From positions 1-64,000 of the forward strand of contig NW_021833286.1 in NCBI RefSeq assembly GCF_006345805.1: DNA of 64,000 bases. The letters are read 5' to 3'. Numbering within the stretch: the first letter of the stretch is position 1; every line of letters starts with the position of its first letter. The stretch is from Octopus sinensis (lineage: Eukaryota). The translations under genes and the position numbers were made by a program. This document shows, one piece after another, positions 24,422-38,327 of the stretch. The notes under the pieces are model-generated. The model saw nothing but the letters and a program-made list of their open reading frames with translations, was not told the origin of the DNA and did no database searches.

Positions 24422-27400
24422 ATGGTCAAGAGTGGTTGTGTGAATGCGCGTGGCTTGGGGTCTCCTTGGAAACAAGGGTACCTCCTAAATGACATCAAGT
24501 TACACGATTTGGGAATTATAGCTATAAGTGAGACCAGGCTCCACGAGCCACGGGCCCGAAAGTCCATGTTCGGCGGACAGTAACATTTATTTTTCTCCCT
24601 GTCTGCCGAGAATGGGCGGTAGTGGCACCGCGGTACTTTTTCACAAGAGCCTGGATCTCGAAGTCAAGACGATATTCGTAGACCTGGAGGGTAGACTGGT
24701 CGTCCTGGATGTCGACGGCAGCAATGGGTGCGCTTTTCGACTCGTATCAGTCGACGCACCGCCTTTAACAGGTCGGCCGGATTTCTTTTGACGTCTAGAA
24801 GTATTCCTGGGAACGTCACATCCTTTACTTTTAGTGGGGGGTTGGAATGCTACCTTGGACACGCATCTAGATTATGTGGGGAGAGACAAAAACAGAAGGG
24901 GATGCAAATGCCTCAGAGACCTGCTCAGACGATTCCAACTGTCTGACAGGTACCGACTTGACCACCCAAATGCACCAAAGTGGACATGGAGCAACCGCAG
25001 TGGGTCGTCGAGATCGTATCTAGATAGGATACTGTGTAGGACAGTAGACAGGGATAACTTAGGATGTCCACAATTCCACACAGTCAGCTACACGGATCAC
25101 AAATTGGTGACGTGTACGCTAGACATAGATAAGGCACATAGACAGGGTCCTGGTTACTGGAAACTAAACGCATCTTTCCCGTCCAGACAAGTTTTCAGAG
25201 ACAGAATCAACACGTTAATAAAGAGGGCTTTAACAGGAGCCATTGTCAACAACAAATGGTGGTTCGCCCTCAAGAGAGCAGTAAAAGCGGAAGCAATTAG
25301 ATATAGCAAGGCACTAGCCGTAGATAGAAATAGAGTAGAGGGTAAGTTAGTTAAGAAGTTAGAAGAGACAATAAGAAGCGGCATCACATCCGACGTTTTA
25401 GCGGCGAGGTTGGCCTTCGACCAACACTTCAACTCCAAACACGAAGGGTGTGCTGTCAGAGCTAGGATGCGTGCTCTAAGGATGGAAGGTGTTGGAACCG
25501 CGAGAGAGGCCCGGGTGGTGGAGGCGCAGCAGGGCAACAAAGCCACCATTCGGTCTCTGGTAGATGAACACGGGCGCGAATTGCTCGAGCCCAGCAAGAT
25601 GTGCGAGGCATTTCAGCGGCACTTTGCCCGACTGTACGGGACGAGTGGCGAGCGTGAACGCAAGGTGGACTTCAGTGCCTACCTACACAGCCTACTACGA
25701 CTCTCGGCAAGAGAGGAAGAGTGCTGCAAAGGTGACATCACGGCGGCGGATGTGCGGGACGCAATGGCAGAATGCTCGAGAGACAAATCGCCGGGTTTGG
25801 ATGGTCTGCCCTACGAGTTTTACAATTGTATGCCAGACTTGTTTGGAGATGTCTTGGCAGCGGTATACTGCAACTGGCAGCAAAACGGGAGCATACCCCG
25901 TTTTGTGAGTCGAGGATCCGTAACGCCGCTGAAGAAAGATCCAAACAAGGGGTACATTATAGATAACTTTAGGCCCATCACTCTGCACAATGCAGACCTG
26001 AAAATGTTGACCATGGTGTTAGCCAAGAAGTTGGCGTTTGTCATCGAGAAACTTGTCGACAAGGCGCAAACGTGCGCCGTGCCGGGCCGGAGCATCCATC
26101 TGATGCGCTACATCATAGACAGAGTAGTTAAGGAACCTGGCATGGGTGGGGCCCTGATCAATTTAGATCAATCGAAAGCCTTCGATAGGGTAGACCATCA
26201 ATACTTGGAGGCAGTTCTGAGAGCGGCTGGTTTCGGTCTCGTCTTCTGCGGCTGGATAGCTGCTTTGTCGAAAGGTATCCGTTCGGTAGTTCGCGTAAAT
26301 GGACATCTATCGAAACCTTTTGACATTGCACGTTCGGTCCGTCAGGGATGCCCCCTCTCGTCGCTTCTATACGTATTGACTCTCGAGCCACTACTGCGGA
26401 AGCTGGCGACTCTGAGGGGCATCCCGCGAGAATTGGGATGCGGGATGAGCGTGTCTGCATACGCGGATGACGTCACCGTCATCAAGCCACGAGCACATCC
26501 AGGTGGTCGGTAGGAGTTGCTCGGGGTCTGGTTCGGTTCGGACCTCCAAGTGGAGAAGAAATGGAACGAGATAACGAGTAGGGTGGTCACTCTCGCCCGG
26601 CAATGGGCCGAGAGGAAACTGTCCCTAAATGGTCGGGCGGAGGTGGCGAACACGTATATCGCGTCCATTATCTACTACCGCCTGACCGTCGTACCTTATC
26701 CCGATCCTACCATCACCAAACTAGAACGCATTCTCTTCCGTGTCTTGTGGAAAGGATGCGTCCTGATGGTCAGGCGATCCATTTGCTGTCAACACCCGTT
26801 AAAAGGAGGGCTTGGCATGCCGTGGTTGATGATGCGCAGAAACGCGCTTAGACTGCGACATCTCCAGCTCTATGTAGACGACGGTGAACAGGTGTGGTCG
26901 CCGTTTATGAGGCACGCTTTTTCGCAGCTCGTCTCCATGACCGAACTGCAGTCGTGGATCAAAAAGAGGCCGAGGAAGGGCGAATGGCACCGCGAGTGTC
27001 GCGTTGCTCTCAAGCAACTCTGCCGTCCCGTTGTGTTGAATGACTTCAACACAACCAAAGCATTCTATAGGGGATTAGTGGTGGGGAGGTACGACGACGA
27101 TCTTGGGGCGAACCTGGGCGTTGACGAGGAATACCTGACCCGGCTGTTTGAGACGACTTTCGGGCCGGGACCTATGGAAAAATTCCAGAGATCCCTGGCC
27201 TGGCAGTGCTACCAAGAAGCGCTACCCGTTCGGGATAAGCTCTATAGGCATGGCTCGAGAAACACGGGGCCGACCTGCCCGAGATGCGGGCAGAGCGACG
27301 AAACCGCTCTGCACGCAATCGTGCAGTGTCCAGCAATTTCCCACCTGTGGGCTTATGTGGAACGACTGATGTCACGTGTCGGACGAGTCGGTTTATCAGC

Positions 27401-27683
27401 CGAGTCTATCGTCAATATCGTCACGCCCCCTTCCTTCAAACCGGAGGGAAGAGCTATTTTTATCATACTTGTGGCTATGGCGAAAAAATGTATCTGGTGG
27501 ACGCGCCTGAAAGCATTAGAGACAAATACTTTCCTCTCTGGTCAATCTCTCATCAACTTCTTCAAGTATCACTTGAAAAGGAAAGTGAGAGTAGAGAGGC
27601 AAATTTTGTCTAGCGACTGTTTCAAAAAACGATGGGTAGATGTAGCAGAGAGTTACTTATTTGTAAATAAATATGTGGCGTAA
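24422..27683 (+). pseudogene. Tx1-like ORF2: APE endonuclease, reverse transcriptase and CCHC
   Basis: CVNARGL, ISETRL, GGWN (from GDWN), SYLDR, YTDHKLV, SPGLDGLPYEFY, FRPITL, LDQSKAFDRVDH, VRQGCPLS, AYADD, CPRCGQSDETALHAIVQC. Stop at 24789-24791 and a frameshift near 26490-26517. Confidence 0.92.
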
Positions 27684-27921
27684 TTGCCCGAGGTTACTGT
27701 GGTCTTCCCGTAGGTTTTTCTTTCCACAGATAAACCTCCCCATTTCTTGGGAACTTTTTGTACTATTTCGACATTTTTTACACATATCCCCAACGATTTC
27801 GATCCATTTGATCGTTGTCCCTATTTTTTACTTTGTTTTCGCCCCCCTCGAAAAGAAAAACTCTACCCTCTCTGTTTAGCCCTGTGTGGCCAATAAAGAC
27901 ACTTATCTGTCTATCTGTTTG

Positions 27922-28854
<933 letters not shown>

Positions 28855-28857
28855 CCC

Positions 28858-29004
<147 letters not shown>

Positions 29005-29172
29005 CGGCGGGCTGCCACGAAAATTCCATCAATCAAATTCACTAACGTGATGTTGGTCAGCCTGGGGCTCCTGTAGATGACTGATGCTCAAGGAGCCACA
29101 TAGTTCTTCTGAACCCGAAATTCACACGGGGTTGCAAAACGAGCTTCTTAACTACACAACCATACTATATTA

Positions 29173-29960
29173 TTGGGTTGGCTAAAATTTCCGAATGGTT
29201 TTTAAAGCGAAAACACGATACTAGTTTAAACAAAGCGACTTATTCAATCAATGATATAATTACAGTTTTGTCATTTTTTCAGTAGATCCATCATTCCGCG
29301 CTCAAAGAATTTCCTATCTTTACTAGCGAAAAATCCTTCCAAGTGAATTAGAATTGAAGGTCCGTGCATTCGATCAATTTCGATCGAATGGCAATCTGAA
29401 AGTGCAATATAGGGCGAATATGGAGAGTGTGGCAAAATTTCTCGATCAGGCTCAGGAAATTCTGCCGCGTTTGCAAAGAAATTTGTAGTGTAGCATTGTT
29501 GTGGCAAAAGACAATGCCCGTACGGTTAGCAAGTGCTGGCCGCTTTTGGTGGATCCCTGTTTTCATTTTGACCATCAATGTGTATTCAAATTGATGGTGA
29601 TGTCGGTGTGAAGAAACTCTCAAAGGCAACACCCTTCCAATCGCACCAAAACAAGGCATAACACGTTCGGGTGATCGTTTGCGCTTCTTATTGTTGCAGA
29701 CGATCTATTTTAGTCTCCTGTCACCATTCTTTTCAAACAAATAAAAAATGGGGTAATTTTCGTGACTTTTCTGCAACCAATCACAACAGAAATGCATTGG
29801 GTGAAGTTAGCCTCATTCAATTGATACGGGACCCAAGCATCAAACATGATGGTGTAACCAAGTCGTTGCAGATAGTTTCCAACACACAGAATTGAAGGGC
29901 AAAACTGCATTTCATTTTTGAAACCTCGATGAAGCTATATGATGTCAAACAAGCAGTGAA
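29173..29960 (-). mobile_element. Mariner (DD34D-type) remnant with one TIR
   Basis: WVPYQL, LKRMVTGD, RPALANRTGIVFCHNNA, PHSPYSPYIALSDCH. TIR-like TA+TTGGGTTGGCTAAAATTTCC at 29171. Confidence 0.85.
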
Positions 29961-30201
29961 CTACGAGTGCATTGCCTCTTATAACAGAAACAGCAGTAAG
30001 CTAATGAAGTTCACGACATCATTTCGAATTTCCCGTGACATTTTAATTCATCGACTGACGCTTTTATTCTGAAGCATTTGTATACTGAGATTTAATATCA
30101 GGTTATTAGTATCGCTATGACTAAACGAAATACTACTACAACAACAACAAAAACAAAGTAACCACAACAATAATAATAATAATAATACATACGCTTGTTA
30201 C

Positions 30202-30279
30202 CAGCTAGGATACACTTGAAGCATATTCGAGCCAGTGAGGAAGCTGTTCACTGTATTTTTGTCAGGGAGAAAGTTTTTG
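30202..30279 (-). CDS. Candidate 78-nt symmetric exon of an unidentified host gene (KNFLPDKNTVNSFLTGSNMLQVYPS)
   Basis: CTGAC branch-like motif, TTTATCTGTAG acceptor, GTAACAAG donor, open phase 2-2 frame; paralogue at 31090-31169. Confidence 0.35.
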
Positions 30280-30436
30280 CTACAGATAAATTTGTGTAAA
30301 CATACAGAGTCAGCTCAAAGTACCCTCCTAACAAAACTGATGGAGGCCATCATTTGGGAGTGTTTATCTATTCCTTAGTGTTAGATACCGGAAAAGAAAG
30401 CATTACTAACTGACAAGACATTGAGCTCTCTTATTA

Positions 30437-30978
30437 TTGGGTTGTCCGGAAAGTTCGTGCCGATTCTTAGAGGAAAGAAAAAGGTCAATAAATACTTGCC
30501 ATTACATTTTTAATGAACCAAATATGAAACATTTTGTTGCACAATGCGTCTCCATCTTTCCTTTAACTCGAAAATACCCTCTTCCCAGAATTGAGGTGGC
30601 AAAGAATTCATCATATGTCATCCAAGGAATTGAAATTTTTACCCTTAAGACTATATTGCAGAGACATGGATTAGTGGAAATCCGAAGGAGCAATATCTGG
30701 TGAATATGGAGGGTTGAGGTAACACATCCCAGTCGAGCTGCAGCAATTTTTGTCTGGTTCCCAAACCATCAAGTGCCAAAAACGAACTTTCTTATCTTCC
30801 ATTTTAAAGGATTACAGAATTAAGACAGGTTATAAGAACATAAACCTTCTTCCACGAAAAGATAGCTTAAACTGTGCTCTAAATGGGTGTAGATAAATCC
30901 TATTTTATGGACTCAACCATGTTCTTAAGTCAAGATGTAAGCTACTATAAATCGGCACGAACTTTCCGGACAACATAA
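30437..30978 (-). mobile_element. Mariner deletion derivative (MITE-like) with both TIRs and TA target duplication
   Basis: 29-bp TIRs TTGGGTTGTCCGGAAAGTTCGTGCCGATT with 2 mismatches; TA at 30435-30436 and 30979-30980. Internally MEDKKVRFWHL is fused to LQLDWDVL..PYSPDIAPSDFH. Confidence 0.9.
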
Positions 30979-31089
30979 TATATTCTCGTCATCGTATTGT
31001 GACTGGCTACGCTACTTGGAGGCTCACCCATAAATAAAATTCAGAATAGAAGCGCTAAGCAGTGATAAATATAAATGCAAACTTGTTAC

Positions 31090-31169
31090 TGGCTGAAGTA
31101 TACTTGAAGCATATTCGAACTCGTAAGGAAGTCAGCCACTGTAACTTTTTTCATGCAGAAAGTTTCTTG
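31090..31169 (-). CDS. Candidate 80-nt exon or pseudo-exon paralogous to 30202-30279 (...KKVTVADFLTSSNMLQVYFS)
   Basis: CTGAC, TTTTTCTACAG acceptor, GTAACAAG donor. Four synonymous changes against the paralogue in the FLT-SNMLQVY core. Confidence 0.3.
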
Positions 31170-31603
31170 CTGTAGAAAAATAAATATAAACGCACCAAGT
31201 CAGTCACAGTATTTATGGATTCAGTTTTGTTTGTAAGCTGCTGAAAATGACACATCACTTTGGGTATGCATTCGTACACTGATTGAAATGACGGTAGGGT
31301 CTAAAGAACTTGTTTAAACAATCACCTAAGGAGACGCATTTTACACCTTACATGGATGAAAATAATTAGAGAACATCTCACCAACGAAGTGCATGTGTAG
31401 AATGTATTTAAAAATGTCATTAATTCCATTTTCTATCATTTATCTATTTATATAAACTCCACAGATACAAAGGAATTCCTGAGAGCATTGCCACTCTATG
31501 ATGACGTCATGCAGCCAATAACTGTGGACGAGATTAGCATTTTGCAAGGGTTTTAATCGCGTCTTATTTAACCACTGACACACACACGCACGCTCACACA
31601 CAC

Positions 31604-31665
<62 letters not shown>

Positions 31666-31675
31666 TACACACACA

Positions 31676-31970
31676 TGGAGGCGCATGGCCTAGTGGTTAG
31701 AGCAGCGGACTCGCGGTCGAGAGATCTCGGGTTCGAATCTCAGACCGGGTGGTGTTTATGAGCGAAACACCTAAGCTCCACGCGGTTCCGGCAGAAGGTA
31801 ATGGAAAACTTCTGTTGACTCTTTCGCCACAACTTTCTCTCATTCTTTCCTCCTGCATCTAGCAGCTCACCTGCGACGGACCGGCGTCCCGTCCAGGTGG
31901 GGAACCTATACGCCAAGGAGACCGGGAAACCGGCCCTTATGAGCCACGCATGGCTCGAGAAGGAACAAAA
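31676..31970 (+). mobile_element. tRNA-head SINE (GGAGGCGCATGGCCTAGTGGTTAG...GGTTCGAATC family)
   Basis: A and B boxes present. Related heads at 44890-45188 (-), 49136-49440 (+) and 52869-53156 (+); those three share a GGTCACGTGATCACGTGA-type 3' end running into (TA)n. Confidence 0.85.
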
Positions 31971-32110
31971 TACACACAGATGATTAATACAATTAATATA
32001 CGCAAGTATTTTAGAAAATTATTAAGGTGCTTAACTTCTGAGTTACGATGGGAATATTGTCCAGAAGATTTATAGAGACATCAGTTCATAGGGATACAAT
32101 AATGTGCGTA

Positions 32111-32151
<41 letters not shown>

Positions 32152-32312
32152 GCGTGTGTCTATTCTAGGTCAGCAGAATTGGCCTGATCACTGCCCATCT
32201 GCTCGTCTTGGTTTCTATCTTAAGCCTTCTCTCTCTTCTTGCTACATAACTATACATACATACACACACACATACATACATACATACATACATACATACA
32301 TACATACATACA

Positions 32313-32343
<31 letters not shown>

Positions 32344-32531
32344 CGTAAAGACTTTAAAACAGCTTCGAACAAATTCAAATATTGGCTACATTTATCTTGT
32401 CGCTCAGTTGATACGTTTTTAATCGGAGACGTGTACGATTTATGTTTTCCCATAATCATGTGACAAACATTTTAATTGGTTGAGTAGGTGTTCGTGCTGT
32501 GCTTCGTCCTATGGTGTAAACGGCTACTGTT

Positions 32532-32571
<40 letters not shown>

Positions 32572-32805
32572 CACATACACACGTGACACTGCTCTGGAGT
32601 TATCCATCATTTACTAAATACTGAAGGAAATAGTGGGAGGTTAAAGAGTCTGGTTTCATTTATCATATATAATCGATCACGAACACTGATTAAAGCCGTG
32701 TTTAAAAAAAAATTATATTTACTTTAATGCAGACACACTCATATATTATATATATATATATATATATCTACTTTAATATATTATATCTACTTTAATGCAG
32801 ACACA

Positions 32806-32854
<49 letters not shown>

Positions 32855-32857
<3 letters not shown>

Positions 32858-33024
32858 GTAGGTCCCGGGTTGATTCGGGGTTAACCACAGTAAATAAGGT
32901 ACTCAATACATAGCAGAGTAAAATTAATTTATTATATAGAAGGAGCTTCTACATGATTTCTGAGCTTCCTGATGATTTCTCTTGAATGAAACAGTTCTAG
33001 TCCTGTAGAAGCTCCTTCTATATA

Positions 33025-33030
<6 letters not shown>
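32855..33030 (+). mobile_element. Short Penelope-like insertion in (TA)n: inverted 3' end followed by a hammerhead
   Basis: Perfect 27-bp inverted repeat 32927-32953 / 33004-33030; (TA)n on both flanks. Confidence 0.6.
32962..33014 (+). ncRNA. Compact type I hammerhead ribozyme
   Basis: GAGCTTC-CTGATGA-TTTC-TCTT-GAAT-GAAA-CAG-TTCTAGTC-CTG-TA/GAAGCTC. Perfect 7-bp helix I, intact core, 4-bp helix III with CTAG in the loop, GUA triplet (cut after 33007). Pair 10.1-11.1 is U-U instead of G-C. Confidence 0.75.
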
Positions 33031-33109
<79 letters not shown>

Positions 33110-33111
33110 CA

Positions 33112-33152
<41 letters not shown>

Positions 33153-33390
33153 TTATATATACATATATATATATATAAATACATATATATATATATATAA
33201 TATATTATACATATATGTGTGTGTGTATGTTTACACTTTGTGTAATATATTGTAGTAAAATTATGTATATGTATTTATACAACGACCTATACACAAAAAG
33301 TCATGCTCCTATACGTACACACGCATGTCCATACACACACACAGATATATATACATACATACATACATACATATAGACATACACACATGC

Positions 33391-33446
<56 letters not shown>

Positions 33447-33711
33447 GGAAACACAAACACACACGCGCAGAACTATGTGGCGAGATGAGTAAGACAATAA
33501 AAGAAAGGATAATTAATAAAGCTGAGAGTGACAGAAACAGAAGACAGAGCTGCGTTGACGAAATGAAAAGGAAGGCTTAGAAACATGAGGCAATGTGAAA
33601 GAGTAAGAGGGAACGGTGTGAGGTTGTACTGAGTAGGGGTTATAGGATGTGAAATGATCTATGTATGTATGTATGTATGTATGTATGTATGTATGTATGT
33701 ATGTATGTGTG

Positions 33712-33745
<34 letters not shown>

Positions 33746-33767
33746 ATCCAGTCTATCTTTCTATCTT

Positions 33768-33868
<101 letters not shown>

Positions 33869-34114
33869 ATATATATATATATATTATAATATAGATGCAT
33901 ACATACATACATCAAAGTAGCTGCGAATTTCTGGAGAATTCTTCAGAGACATGTAGAAAGAACGAATATTGAAGCCCGTCCAATAAATTTATATTTATGC
34001 CTCAGCATTGTTTAATACTTATTTCGTGCAAATGCCAACACGATCAGCCGAAAAGCCATAAACGTGTAGTTCGAATCCTGATATCCTCGTTTTGTTCCCT
34101 TTTTACTTCTATTC

Positions 34115-35035
34115 AACGGTTGGTCAAAAAGTTCAGAGGATGACCAAGAAACTCTCATGACGCTTATTACGAATCGTCTCCCATTGTGACCGACACACTT
34201 CTTCCAGCGGTGTTACCTTTCCAGGATCCCCCTGATGATAATGCTTTCATCCAGTTATTCCCAAAATTCCTCAATAACAGATATGACATCATCGTCACAG
34301 CCATGCTGGTTCCCAGCCCAATATTTTTTCTGTTAAAATTGAGATAAAATTCAGATGAGGCCAAGTCTGGAGAATAAGGAGGGTGATCAACCAGTTCAAA
34401 GTGACGGTCACGCTCAGAAGCCTTTGAAAGCAAGTGCTCTGTGCTGGAGCATTGCCCTGGTGAATTAAGACCCCTTTTATCAGTTTTCTTGGCCTTTTGT
34501 TTTCATAGCGTTTCGTAACTGCTTCAGCAAGTTGGCACAGCATTCCCCATCGATGGTGTAGTCCTTTTGAAGATAATAAACACAATGCCTTTTGCACCCC
34601 AAAAAGTCGAGGCCATCACCTTTCCAGCAAATGAAATGACCGTGGCCTTTTTTGGTGCAGGTGAGCAGGGGTGTGACCAAAACATGGCTTGACAGTGCAA
34701 AAGTGGGCAGCTGTATTTAGGAGGGTCTTAAAAACGACCTAACGTTTGAATGTCCGGCAACTGCCACTGCTGAGGAGAACATCGATCATGTTCACCACAT
34801 AGAGATGCATGACTGGCAATTGACTATAAATCAAGTAGCCAATGCTATTTGCATATCCTGGGGGAGAGTTGATAATATTCTGCACCATGAACTTGACATG
34901 ACGAAGGATTTTGATCAGCGGGTGCCATCTTATCAAAAGCGCAACAGGGCGATCACAACACGGCAAAATTTGATGTTGTTTGAAGCAGACCCATTTGGTT
35001 TTCTTGAACGTTTCGGAAGCCAGGTATGAGTGTTA
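34115..35035 (-). mobile_element. Mariner (DD34D-type) remnant with an in-place inversion of its 5' half
   Basis: Minus 34690-34140: AGKVMASTFWG, VLIHQGNAPA, DHPPYSPDLASSEF. Plus 34708-35030: RPATATAEENI...ILHHELDM...FLERF. TIR-like GGTTGGTCAAAAAGTTC near 34118. Confidence 0.85.
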
Positions 35036-35240
35036 TCTTCATACCTGGCTTCCGAAACATGGCACAGACAATCACACACACACACGTGTGTGCAAACGTG
35101 GCCGTGTGCGCCCATGTACAGTTGCGAACGCTTGCATCAATACACAGATGCGCGCAAAATCATAGGAATGTGTCTACACACCCACATATAGAACAAAATT
35201 TGTTTGGTGCTCTTCTTTCGTTTGTCCACTCACTCGTATC

Positions 35241-35311
<71 letters not shown>

Positions 35312-36648
35312 ACACACACATATATTTCTGTATTGATGTATGTATTTCTGTGTGTTTGTACGTGTATGCGTGCGTCTGTATTTGTGTGTGTATAATGTTA
35401 TAATAAAACCCATAATTTTTATCGAAACAAATTTCAATTTTTAATGCTGAGAACAAGACCGTTTGTCAGCTGTTTTTTAAGCAGATGACGTTTAAACAAG
35501 GGACAAGGGGTGTATAATGAAGAAGATAAAAAGAAAATATAAACGAGATAACGAACATTATAATAAACAATGTCAAAAGACATAAAAATAAGTTGTTTAT
35601 GGTTCACTATGTGTCTGGTGGACTGTTTTTAATTACCACCGAGACGTATTTCTTAAAATATGAACATATAGAAAAAATTTCCTTTCTGGAATTTAAGTAG
35701 TCGTTGGATGGTTTTAAGTTCTTTAAGGGACATAATTTTCCAAAAGAACATACTGAATATCTTTTATTCAGATGTTATTCTCTTGAAAAACTATATCTCT
35801 TATAAAACTTGAGAGCTTAGTCGATACAACGACACTAGTACTCAATCGGTAGTTGTTTTATCGACCCACAAATTGTGAAGGTTAAAGTCGATCTCAGTGT
35901 CATTTGAACTCATAACATAAAGATGAGCGAAATGTCGCTAAACATCTCACCTGGCGAGCTAATGGTTCTGCTAGAAATGATGGACGCAAGTTTATACTAG
36001 TGTGTCTACGCGCGTTTCACCACTGCAGTTGTTTAGGGACTTGCAAAAGGTTTTTCAATGGGCAATTTTGTACTCAAATACAACGGATCACCAGGCAACA
36101 CTATATTGCTTTTAGTTGCAGATAACTATATATAAAGAGTCTTTGGTCATGGGTGAATGAAAAAACAACAAAAACAAAATGAAAATAATAAACGAAAGAG
36201 AAATAGGATCCTCTTTTCTCTCCTCTTCTTTTTTTTTTCGCTGAATGTTTTATAATCAGCTTAATACAGAAAGACCAGATTTCCACTAATGTCAATGAAT
36301 GGGATGAGGGAAAAATTTAGATGAATGAAAAAATAGATAAAATCTACCAAAAGTAAAATAAAAAAGCCGAATTGCATGATTTGAATATATAACGGGTCAA
36401 GTAAACATAGATGACTTATAGGAATTATGTTAAATTAAATAAACAGAGAATCACGAAGTCTATAGATTTGATGAGTGTGCAACATGTAATGTTGGTGAGA
36501 GTTAAAGAAGCCGAGTTAAAGAAACAAAATTGAGTTGTTTTGCTTTCTGAATATAAATGGACGAATATAGAGTTATGCGTGACTATGACTTCTCTTAGTA
36601 TTGTTTAAAACATTATTGTCAGCTGTTTTGTGCATGTTTCAATGAGTG

Positions 36649-36680
<32 letters not shown>

Positions 36681-37090
36681 TGTATGTTTGTATATATATA
36701 TATATATACTTATATATATGCATATACATACATATATATATATATATGTATATATATATGCATATATATATATGTGTATATATATGTATATGTATATACA
36801 TATATATATATGTATATATATATGTGTATATATATATATGTATATATATATGTGTGTGCGTGTGTGTGCGTGTGTGTATGTATGTATGTATGTATATATG
36901 TATGCATATATTTGTGCATATCTATCAACTTATGTATATGTGTCTCTCTCTCTATATATATACACGCACACATACACATACACACACATACGTGCACACA
37001 CATACACACAAATTGTGGCTTGTTTATTTCCTCTTTTTCTTCTCTTTTACCGATAACGTTACTGTTGGTGCTTTCATATCTAGAAAATGT

Positions 37091-37298
37091 GTGTGTGTGA
37101 GTATGTGAGTATAAGTGTTTCTGTGTTTGCGTGTGTGTGATTGTGTGTGTGAGTATGTGAGTATAAGTGTTTGTGTGTTTGCGTGTGTGTGATTGTGTGT
37201 GTGAGTATGTGAGTATAAGTGTTTCTGTGTTTGCGTGTGTGTGATTGTGTGTGTGAGTATGTGAGTATAAGTGTTTGTGTGTTTGCGTGTGTGTGATT
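37091..37298 (+). repeat. 52-bp minisatellite x4 with alternating C/G variant
   Basis: Unit GTGTGTGTGAGTATGTGAGTATAAGTGTTT(C/G)TGTGTTTGCGTGTGTGTGATT; variants run C, G, C, G. Confidence 0.9.
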
Positions 37299-38296
37299 GT
37301 GTGCGTATAGGTGTGATTTACGTTGGGGATATTTCTCTATAAATGTGTGAGTACGTATATGTGTTTTCGATATATCGGTTGCATAATGTTGTAGTTGTTA
37401 ATGTGACATCCTTCATAACGTATTCGAAGTAATTTTCATCGATTCAGACTGAGAAAATCTAACAAAAATACAAAGTGAGTAAAAAAACAAACAGAAAAAC
37501 GATACCTGGATTAATTCCTCGTATACAAAACTGGCAGACCAAGATTACAAGATTTATACCTCAGAGCAATTGCATTACGAATATAGCTTTCAGCTAGTTT
37601 TTACCAGAATAAAGAAACCTATATACAGCGACTTCTTACTACGACCATCACTTGCGATGGATTAGTTACATGCACCGTGATTTTACTAGGTTTTTAGGGG
37701 CCAGTGTAGCAGCGAATAAATATAAGTACCTTTTCGGTGTTCCCATTCTTAGCACGGTGTCACGTTCAAAATGTGACATTTGGAGGGAGAAAGGACTGCT
37801 CCGGCACAGATCTGATATATTGTGTATTGAACGTTATATCTTTTGTCTTTCATCTACGATATGGGAATATAAACACAAAGACACCAACTGTCAAGCGGTT
37901 GTTGAGGGCATAGACACAAAGACTTACACACATACGCGCACATATATTGTTAGAATGCTGAACATTGCATTATTTGCCTTGCGAGGACCTCTCATATGGA
38001 CGCATGTTGCATAAAAGCACACATATTTACATCTCTGGGAGACGGTTCTGGTCTGCTGCAGGCGCCGGAACTTTTAGCTCGCGTGATTTTGACGTACTCT
38101 GTCTCCTCAGTGGCAGACATCAAGTAGCCGCATACCAACCGAATCTTAATACCAACGATATATGGAATTTCGTGGCCGATATAGATATACATATGACAGG
38201 TCCGCTCAAGGGAAATAACGCAATATAAAGTTGAATATAAGGATTGTCTTTTGGTGTATTAATATTGCTTCTGCCTCTATATACATAAATACTTAC

Positions 38297-38327
<31 letters not shown>

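Larger units (their letters stand above)
22030..27905 (+). mobile_element. Near full-length Tx1/L1-clade non-LTR retrotransposon, disabled
   Basis: ORF1 and ORF2 as described in the next two features. The 3' UTR ends in AATAAA followed by (TATC)n. Confidence 0.9.

Noticed and set aside
31676-31750. tRNA gene (also 49136 and 61038)
   Set aside because: A and B boxes are present, but there is no acceptor stem closure or terminator and the sequence continues into a repeat body; these are SINE heads.
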